Assembly (NCBI GenBank): GCA_951406725.2
Contig: OX597833.1
Coordinates: 51,088,001-51,152,000, forward strand
Reading direction: 5' to 3'
Length of the DNA: 64,000 nucleotides
Origin: Octopus vulgaris
Lineage: Eukaryota
The notes below the pieces were generated by a model. That model did not search any database and had not been told where the DNA came from. It worked only from the letters and a program-made list of their open reading frames with translations. Below, in pieces: positions 44,740-57,054 of the stretch. The translations under genes were made by a program, and so were the position numbers. Position 1 is the stretch's first letter. Every line of letters starts with the position of its first letter.

Positions 44740-45367
44740 TCTCATTATCATCATCATCATCATGGTCATCATGATCATCATCATCATCACCCAACATTAT
44801 CATCATCAACGAAAAGAAAAACAATATCGACGAAGCTGACAACAACAAATAAAACAATTCAAAAAACAATTCAAAAAAACAAAGAACGAGAAAGAAAAAA
44901 AGCGATCAAGCAGACATTCAGGAAGAATGAGATGATAAAAAAGAAGAGAACGATAATTAGAAATACAAGTGTGAATGAGGCTAAAAAGCGATAAGCATCT
45001 GTTTCGGAGTAGGTAAGTTGTTGCTTAATAGGGTTGGTGACAGACTGGATTCATCCCGTCTTATGCAACAGTCTGTCGGCCATTGTACTATAGGGAAGAA
45101 AATGGAGGTGTTATAGCAAATAATACGAGAAGCGTTTTAAAGTTTTTCCAAGTTTTGTGTAACACTTCTGTGACTAATCGTTAATATTCTCATTTATTTT
45201 CCAACCAAGACTTATGACGGTCTTTTCTTCGTTTCTATTTCTTAGTCTTAGCTTTAAGTTATATGGCTTCTAACGTTTTCGTTCTATCCCATTCATTCAT
45301 TCTCTTTGTTTCTTAATCTATCTCTCTTTCAACATCTCCTCCCCTCTCTCTCATTTTCACGCTCCTG

Positions 45368-45410
<43 letters not shown>

Positions 45411-45414
<4 letters not shown>

Positions 45415-45590
45415 TAATCCAAACATGAAAGCACAAAATAAAACACAACAACGCGAGGACGTGGAACAAATATAGTATTATTGGACGCTTAGGAAAGAAG
45501 GAAAGAACGTCAGAAACATAGGAGAAGAAAAGATCCAGAGAAGGGAAGACAGAGGAAAGAAAATCGCCAACGGTACACACGCGGTCACAG
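45411..45590 (-). mobile_element. Copy of the 19545 repeat with the hammerhead core deleted
   Basis: Shares acacaacaacgcgaggacgtggaa and aatcgccaacg.tacacacgcggtcaca, but lacks ttcgagcggagctctt. Confidence 0.7.
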
Positions 45591-45770
45591 TATGTATGTA
45601 AGTATTTATTAGCGACAGAGACAGTATTAATTCCGAAAGGTAATATTTATTCCCGCTTAAATGTGGTTGTTCCGTAAGAACAAATTATACTGCCATAGAT
45701 ATCACGAGGGAATTTCTCATATTGGCTTTTGGTTTAAAATGCACTCTTGTTTACATCTCTAAGAAAAATC

Positions 45771-45858
45771 TGGTACTCCGTCGCTTACGTCGATGAGGGT
45801 TGCAGTTGATCCGATCAACGGAACAGCATGCTCGTGAGATTAACGTCGAAATGGTTGA

Positions 45859-45860
<2 letters not shown>
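45771..45860 (-). mobile_element. Family A tail type 1 fragment
   Basis: actccgtcg.ttacg.cgatgagggtt...gttgatccgatcaacggaacagc matches 1170-1260. Confidence 0.7.
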
Positions 45861-45897
<37 letters not shown>

Positions 45898-45900
<3 letters not shown>

Positions 45901-46140
45901 GAAGCTTTATGAAAATAGACAAAAGACGAAGGCAGGTTTACGGAAATAAACAAAAGACGAAGGCAGGTGGAATACAAACAAACAATGGTATTAGTATGGC
46001 GCTCAGGAAATATAAATAAAACAAGTCTTTAACGTTTCGAGCCTACGCTCTTCAACAGAAAGATACACAGAGAAAAAACACAGAAAGAAGGAGAGAAAAA
46101 AAATTGCGTGCAGAGGCTAGCGAATCAATATGGCGATCTG
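45898..46140 (-). mobile_element. (TA)n-abutting repeat with a minimal hammerhead-like motif
   Basis: Minus strand 46026-46063 reads tcttt-CTGTTGA-A-gagc-gtag-gctc-GAAAC-GTT-aaaga, with a perfect 5-bp stem I. Confidence 0.7.
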
Positions 46141-46444
46141 ATTTCGGCCAGAAGTCAAAGATCAAACATGAGACGCAAGAGCGAAATTAGGGGAGATAAT
46201 AGGGTTGAATATATGCAGAAACGGATTTTTGTCAGTGAACAGGTCGCTGCGGTCTTAAAGCGACGAAAATATTTTGACAAATTAAACTTAAATGTTGAAG
46301 TGAATCGAACGGCTTTTGTGTGTTTCTTAAATGGCTTACAAACACCTTCCATGCTGCAATTGTTTTCGTTTCAGTACACGATCTCAGATCAAATCACTTG
46401 CTATGCAAGTACATCTCCATACATACATCACTTATATATTTATG

Positions 46445-46486
<42 letters not shown>

Positions 46487-46497
46487 ATATATATATG

Positions 46498-46548
<51 letters not shown>

Positions 46549-46549
46549 C

Positions 46550-46584
<35 letters not shown>

Positions 46585-46586
46585 TG

Positions 46587-46620
<34 letters not shown>

Positions 46621-47101
46621 TGTATGTATGTATGTATATGCGAAGCCATATATCTACTTTATCTCATCAACCTGTCAACCTGCCACATCCTTTTGTTCCT
46701 ACCTCATTACGAAGGACAGCTACCGTAATGATATATGCAACCCACCTCCACTCATCCAAATGTTTACCACTTATGCCGGGAATTAATTCATTTTACCATC
46801 ACCACCACCGCCACCACCGACGCTAGCATCACCACTACCACCTCCTTCTCTCTATTGTCATTAACGTTACACCCTGTGCACTTGTATACTAACAGCAGTC
46901 TTCATATCTTACGATCCTGCTTAAACCTGCTCCACCGCTTCCTCTTCTTCCATTCTTGCCACCTATTTATTACTACGCCCTCCCACCTCCTCTACGAGCG
47001 GCACCACGCCTCACGCTAGGGGTGAGGTGCGGTTTATAAAACCCGAATGATGCGAGGTATTTTAGTGATAACTTGATCTGGTAGAAATAGTAACCAAATC
47101 T

Positions 47102-47696
47102 GCGAGCTGGCAGAAACGTTAGCACGCGGGGCGAAATGCTAAGCGGTATTTCGTCTGCCGCTACGTTCTGAGTTCAAATTCCGCCGAGGTCGACATTGCC
47201 TTTCATCCTTACGGGGTCGATTAAATAAGTACCAGTTACGCACTGGGGTCGATATAATCGACTTAATCCGTTTGTCTGCCCTTGTTTGTCCCCTCAGTGT
47301 TTAGCCCCTTGTGGGTACTATAGAAATAGGTATTTCGTCTGCCGTTACGTTCTGAGTTCAAATTCCGCCGCGATCGACTTTGCCTTTCATCCTTACGGGG
47401 TCGATTAAATAAGTACCAGTTACGCACTGGGGTCGATATAATCGACTTAATCCGTTTGTCTGCCCTTGTTTGTCCCCTCAGTGTTTAGCCCCTTGTGGGT
47501 ACTATAGAAATAGGTATTTCGTCTGCCGTTACGTTCTGAGTTCAAATTCCGCCGAGGTCGACTTTGCCTATCATCCTTACGGGGTCGATTAAATAAGTAC
47601 CAGTTACGCACTGGGGTCGATATAATCGACTTAATCCGTTTGTCTGTCCTTATTTGTCCCCTCTATGTTTAGCTCCTTGTAGGCAATAAAGATATA
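47102..47696 (+). mobile_element. Family B head-to-tail trimer (184-bp period)
   Basis: tatttcgtctgccg at 47147, 47331 and 47515. Flanked by agaaatag(t/c)aaccaaat at 47083-47099 and 47697-47713. Confidence 0.9.
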
Positions 47697-48006
47697 AGAA
47701 ATAGCAACCAAATTTCTGTCATAAAACTTGAAGGACACATTAGCTAATGCAATTCATGATATCGCCATACGAACAGACAATATTTTCATGACTGAAATAT
47801 CGTCGATCACATAGGTTGCGCTCAAACTGGAATAACGAAAATCAGCAGGTCAGATGTATAGCAGTAATATATCAAAGTAAAATAATCATGAGCTTTTATA
47901 AATGCTTCTCCTAAAAGAACCCCAAAATTTCTGGAATGCACCGCGTACATACACATACGCTGACACAAAACCTTACGCAAAAATATATCCCGTATATTAT
48001 TCCGTA

Positions 48007-48231
48007 TACGAGGGGATGCAGAAAAGTTTCTGGCTTTAAGGGTATCGCGAAGGGCCTGGATGGAGGACCAACCTTCCGAGTTCTTTGACAATGCTTAGAA
48101 AAAAACTGAAGGGCCATTGCAATAAGTGTGTGAATCTGAGAGGGGAAACATTTTGAATACAATCATAATTAACTGATCCTCCTGTATTTTCTCTTACCAA
48201 AAGCCAGGAAATATTTCAGCACTCCCTCGTA
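48007..48231 (+). mobile_element. Mariner-derived MITE / deletion derivative
   Basis: Imperfect TIRs TA|cgaggggatgcagaaaagtttctggcttt ... aaagccaggaaatatttcagcactccctcg|TA. Internal KLKGHCNKCVNLRGE resembles the mariner transposase C-terminus. Confidence 0.8.
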
Positions 48232-48344
48232 TATTACAATGTGTGTAATATGAAATCAACAGCAATAATAATATTATTATTTCCAGTAAAAGTAACTTCC
48301 TTAACCCCACTCCCTATCATATTATAATGCCTGAAAAAAGTATA

Positions 48345-48444
48345 TATTTCTTTACTACCCACAAGCGGCTAAACACTGGGGGGAGAAACAAGGACAGACA
48401 AACGGATTGAGTGGATCATATCGACTCCAGTGCGTAACTGGTAC

Positions 48445-48514
<70 letters not shown>

Positions 48515-49010
48515 TAATAATGATGATGATGATGATGATATTGATGATGATGATGAGGGTGATGATGATGATGATGACAACAACAGAAGGAGTGGCTGCG
48601 TGGTAAGTAGCTTGCTTACGAACGACATAGTTTCGGGTTCAGTCCCACTGTGTGGTGCCTTGGGCAAGTGTCTTCTACAGTGCGTAACTGGTACTTAATT
48701 TATCGACCCCGATAGGATGAAAGGCAAAGTCGACCTCGGCGTAATTTGAACTCAGAATGTAAAGACAGAAGAAATACCTTTTTCTTTACTACCGACAAGG
48801 GGCTAAACACAAAGGGGACAATCAAGGACAGAAAAACGGATTAAGTCGATTATATCTACCCCAGTGCGTAACTGGTACTTAATTTATCGACCCCGTAAGG
48901 ATGAAAGGCAAAGTCGACCTCGGCGGAATTTGAACTCGGAACGTAACGGCAGACGAAATACGGCTACGCATTTCGCCCGGCGTGCTAAGGTTTCTGCCAG
49001 CTCGCCGCCT
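48345..49010 (-). mobile_element. Family B multimer interrupted by microsatellite plus a family C head fragment (48588-48677, +)
   Basis: B sequence at 48345-48449 and 48678-49010; 22-bp duplication cagtgcgtaactggtacttaat at 48428-48449 and 48678-48699. Confidence 0.8.
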
Positions 49011-49457
49011 TACTTGAAAAAATATATAATAAAGGTAAACAGTCTTCAGGGTTAATGTTATGAACATCACGCATTTAAAATCTGCAGGAAAAAGCAAAAA
49101 CAAAACCAACTGTTTTGATTTGAAATTCAGAATTATGCTTTTTCCATCAGCAACTGATTAACGCTAGAGGATTTACAGCTGCACTATATAAATATATTTC
49201 ATATGCATTTGAAGCGTATAAATATATTTTATATTTACATTTGAAATTATTTGTTATTTCACTTCCTGCAAAAATTTAAATGCCATTTGCTTGTTTGTTT
49301 TTCTCTGATTTTTTTGTTGTTGTTATTATTCTGTTTTTTTTTTCGCTTTTTTTTTTCGTTGTTTTCTTTTCTTTACGTTCAGGATATTATGGCTGAAAAT
49401 GTAATTACAAATGAAAAAAAATGTATTTTTATACATTTAAAATGCGTACGTGAGCAG

Positions 49458-49523
<66 letters not shown>

Positions 49524-50048
49524 ATTCGTACCAAATTTAAGAAGTCTGTTGGTGAAAGTTATGTAGACATTATTATCAACGATGACTTACGTTTAATGAC
49601 TCGCTTTCCAAAAATCGTCAAAATGGCCGATCTCTTCACTCAGTAAGCTGTTCTACTGTTATTCGTGTATGATTTTGATGCGTTCACATTTACAGTTTAC
49701 ATCAACAGTTTGGACCCTACACCTTGTCCAGAACAGCAATCTGCTCGAAATTAAACAGAGACTTAGAACAATCGAATATCCTCTCTCAAGTTACTTGCCA
49801 TATATGTCGGTTACTTGCCATTATCTTAAAGAGATTGTTTCGCTGAGAATCGTCACATTAGAGTTTACCCACCATTTTTACAAGAAAATTCAGGCCTGAC
49901 TTTTTTTTCATATTTCAGCATCACTACAAAAACGGAGACTTATTAAATAAAAAGAAAACAGCGTAATACTCGTAATACTCATGTACAGAATTATCGTATC
50001 TTGTGATTCATGTATGAGAGAGTTATATAGATAGACCGACCGACACAC

Positions 50049-50270
<222 letters not shown>

Positions 50271-50283
50271 ATACATACATATA

Positions 50284-50382
<99 letters not shown>

Positions 50383-51254
50383 GTATATATGGATACAAAA
50401 ACAAACTAATATATGAATATATATATGTGTGTGTGTCTGTGTGTGCGTGTGTGCATGTGTGTGTGTATGTGTGCATGTCTGAGCATATGTGTGTGCATGT
50501 GTGAATATATATACGCATGCATATATTTGCATGTATAATAAACACTGAGAGAGAAATTGCTCGAACTACATGACGTGTATCCGTTACGTGCCACACAAAA
50601 TGACATTTGTGTCTGTTTGATTACGTTCCATAGAAGCTACGTTGTGCTCAAACCCCATACTCGCGTTTATGTGCACCGATGTGCATAAATGAAATGCACT
50701 CTGTGAACGACATTAATTCCATCAATATATCCGACTGAGGGATCCGCCCCGCCCTGGCTGTCTGTATTTATTAGATCTGCTTAAATACATGTGTTCATAA
50801 TAGAGTAAAAAAATCAAAAAATGCAAGAAATATTTTTAATATTCAAAAATATAACAACAATAAAGACTACGTAATATTAGGGTCGCTTGCAGTCTACTCC
50901 CAACCAACTCTAAATAAAGACGATTAAGTGTTTAATACTGAAAGACTGAATCTTGGCATTTGGGAGTGTCATTTTAGGGATTGTAGCATAATGTTAATGT
51001 ATATTGTAGTTTTTAGTGAAGCAACACAATAAACTAAATAAACTTTGGGGAGAGGAATATTCTAATATATATACGCATGTATGTGCGTAATCATGTATGT
51101 CTGTATTTATGTACTTATATTTTGCCAATAGAGAAAGAGCCGGTTTCTAACCTAGATTCAAGGCACCTTCATTGGAATATCAACATCAACAAGGTATACA
51201 TGTATGTATATATATGTACAGATTTCTATGTTTTGTTTTATATATGTATGTATG

Positions 51255-51289
<35 letters not shown>

Positions 51290-51343
51290 ATATCTATATA
51301 TCTATCTATCTATCTATGTTAGCTCTCTAAGGTTAGCTCTCTG

Positions 51344-51835
51344 GGAATATATGTCAGGTATCGATCTTCTGTCCGCCTCTTTAATCTTCGTCGATTTGCA
51401 GCCAATTCAAATGTTCTCTAGTCCCTTATTTGTGACCTCCTTTATGCAGATGACTGTGACTGAGTCACTTATACACTGGCTGACATGCAAATACTTATGA
51501 ATCGTATTTCTGCTCCTTGCAAGGCATTTGGACTAGGTATTAGCCTGGACAAAACTGTTGTAATGTTCCAGCCTGCACCAGGAAATCCATATGTGGAACC
51601 AGCTACCTTGGTTGAAGGAACAATACTGAAAGTGGTAGACAAGTTTGTCTACCTGGGCAGCACACTCAGCCGTCCTTGCTCCCTGGATGATGAAATACCT
51701 TTCAGTCTGCAGAGAACAAATGATTCCTTCTTGTCACTTGAGTCTCGGGTCTGGTCCCAGCATGACATCACGAGGCAAACAAAAATTGCTGTGTACCGTG
51801 CATGTGTACTGACATTGCTCTGTTACTCATGTGCA
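51344..51835 (+). mobile_element. RTE-clade non-LTR retrotransposon reverse transcriptase fragment (inactive)
   Basis: One frame reads GIYVRYRS..LFNLRRF...DLLYADDC*...MQILMNRIS..CKAFGLGISLDKTVVMFQPAPG...VDKFVYLGSTLS...TKIAVYRACVL. YADD at 51443-51454; two in-frame stops. Confidence 0.9.
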
Positions 51836-51899
51836 ACTATATATACATTTATATACGCATTTACATATGCAGCTATATGCGCTGGTTTATATCTGTCTG

Positions 51900-52022
<123 letters not shown>

Positions 52023-52242
52023 TCAATATAGGGTGGCAAAAAAATTTTGTAGAATTCTTTTGCCACCAGCGGCCTAGTGGGAAAAAATTAAATAGTCATA
52101 AACCATTTTTAAGTTCAACATCACAATCAAGGAACGGCCATAATAGGCCATTCACCCACTAGAAATAACAGCCAAAAGCTTTAACCGCAAAATAACGTCA
52201 ATTCCGTAAACCAGGAGAAAATTAAAAAACATTTACCCTGTA

Positions 52243-52348
52243 ATTTCTTAGACGATGCACCGTTTCATCTACTGTTTAATGGAAAACTAACCTGATTAAA
52301 TTAAATCAAGCCAATCTACCATAGGCCTTAGATTCATCAGTAAGAAAT
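52243..52348 (-). ncRNA. Type I hammerhead ribozyme, copy 1
   Basis: Minus strand reads atttctta-CTGATGA-atcta...tagat-GAAAC-ggtgcatc-GTC-taagaaat. Confidence 0.85.
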
Positions 52349-52876
52349 AGCCAGCCGAACAGATATTTTTCACGAGGCATTCTCGTTGCTACCTCGTCAA
52401 TATCTGACCTAAAATTTTCAAATCGTCGCACTCGCGCCAAATTTATCGGCAGCAAATAAATATAAGCCGCCGATTCCATTACGGAATTAACCAGAAAATT
52501 CATAATTAATCAATATAGGGTGGCAGAAAAATTTTGTAGAATTCTTTTGCCACCAGCGGCCTAGTGGGAAAAAATTAAATAGTCATAAACCATTTTTAAG
52601 TTCAACATCACAATCAAGGAACGGCCATAATAGGCCATTCACCCACTAGAAATAACAGCCAAAAGCTTTAACCGCAAAATAACGTCAATTCCGTTTTTGC
52701 CACCCTATATTGATTAATTATGAATTTTCTGGTTAATTCCGTAATGGAATCGGCGGCTTATATTTATTTGCTGCCGATAAATTTGGCGCGAGTGCGACGA
52801 TTTGAAAATTTTAGGTCAGATATTGAAGAGGTAGCAACGAGAATGCCTCGTGAAAAATATCTGTTCCGGCTTGGCT

Positions 52877-52983
52877 ATTTCTTACTGATGAATCTAAGGG
52901 CCTATGGTAGATTGGCTTGATTTAATTTAATCAGGTTAGTTTTCCATTAAACAGTAGATGAAACGGTGCATCGTCTAAGAAAT
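52877..52983 (+). ncRNA. Type I hammerhead ribozyme, copy 2; predicted cleavage after C52975
   Basis: 8-bp stem I atttctta/taagaaat, CUGAUGA at 52885-52891, 5-bp stem II atcta/tagat, GAAA at 52960, self-complementary stem III acggtgcatcgt, GUC triplet. Confidence 0.88.
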
Positions 52984-53366
52984 TACAGGGTAAATGTTTT
53001 TTAATTTTCTCCTGGTTTACGGAATTGACGTTATTTTGCGGTTAAAGCTTTTGGCTGTTATTTCTAGTGGGTGAATGGCCTATTATGGCCGTTCCTTGAT
53101 TGTGATGTTGAACTTAAAAATGGTTTATGACTATTTAATTTTTTCCCACTAGGCCGCTGGTGGCAAAAGAATTCTACAAAATTTTTTTGCCACCCTATAT
53201 TGATTAATTATGAATTTTCTGGTTAATTCCGTAATGGAATCGGCGGCTTATATTTATTTGCTGCCGATAAATTTGGCGCGAGTGCGACGATTTGAAAATT
53301 TTAGGTCAGATATTGACGAGGTAGCAACGAGAATGCCTCGTGAAAAATATCTGTTCCGGCTTGGCT

Positions 53367-53473
53367 ATTTCTTACTGATGAATCTAAGGGCCTATGGTAG
53401 ATTGGCTTGATTTAATTTAATCAGGTTAGTTTTCCATTAAACAGTAGATGAAACGGTGCATCGTCTAAGAAAT
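53367..53473 (+). ncRNA. Type I hammerhead ribozyme, copy 3; predicted cleavage after C53465
   Basis: Same sequence as copy 2, exactly 490 bp downstream. Confidence 0.88.
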
Positions 53474-55518
53474 TACAGGGTAAATGTTTTTTAATTTTCT
53501 CCTGGTTTACGGAATTGACGTTATTTTGCGGTTAAAGCTTTTGGCTGTTATTTCTAGTGGGTGAATGGCCTATTATGGCCGTTCCTTGATTGTGATATAT
53601 ATATATATATATATATATTTGTCTGTCTGTCTATCTGTCTGCCTATTTATCTATTTATGTACGTGTGCGTACGCGTTTGTTTGTGTTTATATTTACATAT
53701 CTATACAGTAGTTCACATACGTAAATTTCAAAGCAAACTGCAATTTGGTAACATGTATGTTTAGGTACGTACTTTAATCTGTGTTTCATACACCATTTCT
53801 TATACTTAAACGTCTGAAACGCAAACACATATGAAATCAATATATATTTGCGTCTGTACCTTTGAGATCGAATGTGCTTCTGTCCTTATAAACTGTGGGA
53901 CTGGAGACGCATTTTAATACTTAAAATTCTCCTGCTGTTTATATGAGGGAATATAGAATTTAAACTTCAAGTGGTAAATCTAAAACTTTCTTCTTTCCTA
54001 TCTACAATTTTACCCAACTTTCACCAGATTTAACCAACTAAAATTAAAATCGATCTCAACAAGTTTTAAAAGTATATTATGTAACTACTTCAAATAAAAC
54101 CAGGAATGTTGACTAAAATTGTTTTGTATTTTGCTACTCTGAATACGAACATATATACCGACTTACTATGAATCCTTTCAAAGGGAGCAACTAGTAACAC
54201 TTCCATACCTTTCGTAACAACAAAAAAAACCAACAATATTTTATTTTCAAAATTCATCCTGTTATCTTATATGGAAAAATATTAACCACATTCTTAAATG
54301 CAGTTTTCTATCCTTTACCAAATCTAACACTGGAAATAAAGGGGAAATTTTGAACACTAGTATGTTAACATGCCCTATCTTTAACACTCATTCTTGTCGG
54401 TTTCATATTGTCAGTGTAGAGAATGGAAAACTGAAAACTGAAAGCTACAACGAACCGCTTCTCTATCACGTAGATATTCTACTAAAATATTGAAACAACT
54501 TCCATGGATACCAATAAGTGAATTCTATATCTACCAAATTTCTTTTACACAACACATGTTCATAATATACTATAGAAAACAAATTTTGGTTCTTACACAT
54601 CTGTTTACCTATATCGCATTTAAGTGCCAAATGTACAAAAGTCCACCTGCAACAGTGAATTTAAATTAGGTGTTTATCTTGATTTCACTAGCAGTTTCCA
54701 TACTCCAATGCTTAACATTCAACATTGTACTATACATTGTTCAATATTGTACTATACAACTATTTTATAGTTATAGTTTTATTATCTAGACTTGCACACA
54801 ATCTTCTACTCATGTCTTATTTGATAACTGTACTAAAATTTATTCTAACCTACATTTTATATTTATTATTGTCGCGTTAATTTTTAAGAACTTTTTTACT
54901 GTTCTCTAACATGTATAAACTGAAAAATTACCAGCATCAAATTTAATTGAATCGATGACTTCCTTTGCTGCAATAACTATTCTTCAGTCAATCTAAGAAT
55001 TTACACGCACATATCTTTTATACTCAACATATATTTAGATGCCCGTTTGACCAGCAACACGTCTTGTCTCTTGTAAGAATGTCTGAGAATGATTTCAGCT
55101 GTAAGAATTCAGTTATAGGCCGTAATACGTGTTGCGTGTTGTCCTATCACTAATGATCCATATCATATAATCACAGCTTAATAACAATTTTCCCCTTCTT
55201 TAAACTCTTTAATATTGTCTATATACAAAAATATTTTTAAGTCGATCTATTTTTTAAATCTACCTGTTACTTAGCTGTATTTTCCAAAGCATAGTTCCCC
55301 TGCCTTTCATCTGTACTCAGTCTAATATCAATTTACTTATTTTCATGTATACACAAATGAAAGTCTTTGTTTGCTTTTTGGATGGTCGAGGGGCTGTGTA
55401 CTGTAATTATTTTCTCCATTTTAGAACGGAAAAGTTCACTGGTACAGCTATTTGATCAGATAGGAACGGCTAAATCAGGTATATTCAATATTAAAGGACT
55501 TGTTTTGTTTTTTTTTTC

Positions 55519-55735
55519 AAGGCGGCGAGCTGACAGAAACGTTACAACGCTGGGCGAAATGCTTAGCTCTATTTCGTCTGTCTTTACGTTCCGAGTTCAA
55601 ATTCCACGGACGTCCACTTTACTTTTCATCCTCTCGGGGTCGATAAATTAAGCACTAGTTGCGTACTGGGGTCCATCTAATCGACTGGCCTCCTCCCCCA
55701 AAATTTCAAGCCGTGCCTAGTATAGAAAAGAATAT
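55519..55735 (+). mobile_element. SINE-like family B, diverged, with a variant 3' end
   Basis: aaggcggcgagctgacagaaacgtta...gagttcaaattcc...ggggtcgataaattaag. Confidence 0.8.
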
Positions 55736-56189
55736 TAAAGGACATTTTAGATCTTTTTTTTTTACCTTAGCTTCTTACATAACCATTGGCTTGCTAACGT
55801 TGGTTACCAAAATTATATATCTTGACTCGATCCTAAATACATGTGTGTAATAGGAATCAGGCATATTAAATAAAAAAATTATTTGAACGGCAAATTTGTA
55901 GATATATTCAAAATTGGTGGGAAAATATATTCATAGATAAATAATTCGGTCGAAAGACAAATTAACTGAAAAAATTAGCCAATATGATAGAGGAAATATT
56001 CGTCGAAAATATACAAAACCGTACTATTTTAACAACGTACTGCAATTTTAAAATGCTAATAATGAAATGTAATCAGAAATATATATATTTTCAATTTATT
56101 TTCATGTTTTCTGTCCATTTTATGTGAGAAAATAATAATAGCGTCAAATTTCTTTTCATTTAGTTCCATTCATAAGAAAAAAAATTTTT

Positions 56190-56410
56190 AATTGTATCCA
56201 TTGTGACTGATCGAGTGTACAAACAGGAATATACGTAGAAATGTCAGAAAGAAAATTCAAACAAAGATTAGACAGACATGGCTGTCGGTAAATAAAAACA
56301 AAAAAAACATGGAATAGCATTTGGTGATTATATGCGACCATTAAGAGAAATGAGCTCAAATAACAACATCAAATGGAATATTATTGAAAGATCAAAGCCT
56401 AGATCAATAG
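56190..56410 (+). mobile_element. Decayed GIY-YIG endonuclease fragment of a Penelope-like element
   Basis: Manual translation gives GIYVEMSERKFKQRLDRH (YVE at 56232), then after a stop and frameshift AFGDYMRPLREMSSNNNIKWNIIERSKP. This resembles the PLE pattern YxGxTExxFKxRxxxH...LSxYIWxLK...IxWxII. Confidence 0.6.
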
Positions 56411-56581
56411 AAATAGAGGTGGAATGGTAAATCCTCAATAATCTACATAACCATAATCGTTATTGGGGATTAGGATCGTATGTATTCGTGATAGGAAGTC
56501 ATTTCAACAAACATCTGTTCGTAGCTAACATACTCTAAACAAACACACGCATGCGTAGGCATGTCCACGTGTGACTCCATA

Positions 56582-56639
<58 letters not shown>

Positions 56640-57054
56640 CTAGCATATGCGTCCGGTTACGCCTGATTCCTCACGTTTCAAAATTTTCATTCTTTCTCAA
56701 CGTTTCCATCTTATAATTTCACATATTTGAAAGCCATATTTCAACCTCATTCTCAATTTTGATTCCGGTAACATTCTTGAATTACCCTTAAATGTAGTTA
56801 ATTTACTTCTTCATCTTCATTGTCCGGCACACTGACAGAAACGGAGTTTAAAGGACGAAGAAAGTACATCAACTGAAAAATGCTTCCAAGATATGAAACT
56901 TGTATATACAAACGAACATACTGAGTTTACACCAATAATTTCATTCGCACATACATGAGTACGCAGAAACAGAGAAACAAAAACATGCCATTATGTGCAG
57001 ATATGATTTTTATTTCTACATTCGCCTTTCCACCATATGTATATCTTTTCCACT

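Noticed and set aside
49320-49410. Possible host micro-exon after a polypyrimidine tract (ttcag|GATATTATGGCTGAAAAT|gtaatt)
   Set aside because: The donor is weak and such signals are common by chance; it cannot be supported without transcript data.
52720-52920. 66-aa ORF repeated in each 490-bp unit as a real protein
   Set aside because: The recurrence only reflects DNA duplication, the minus-arm copy has a frame-altered C-terminus, and no motif is recognisable.
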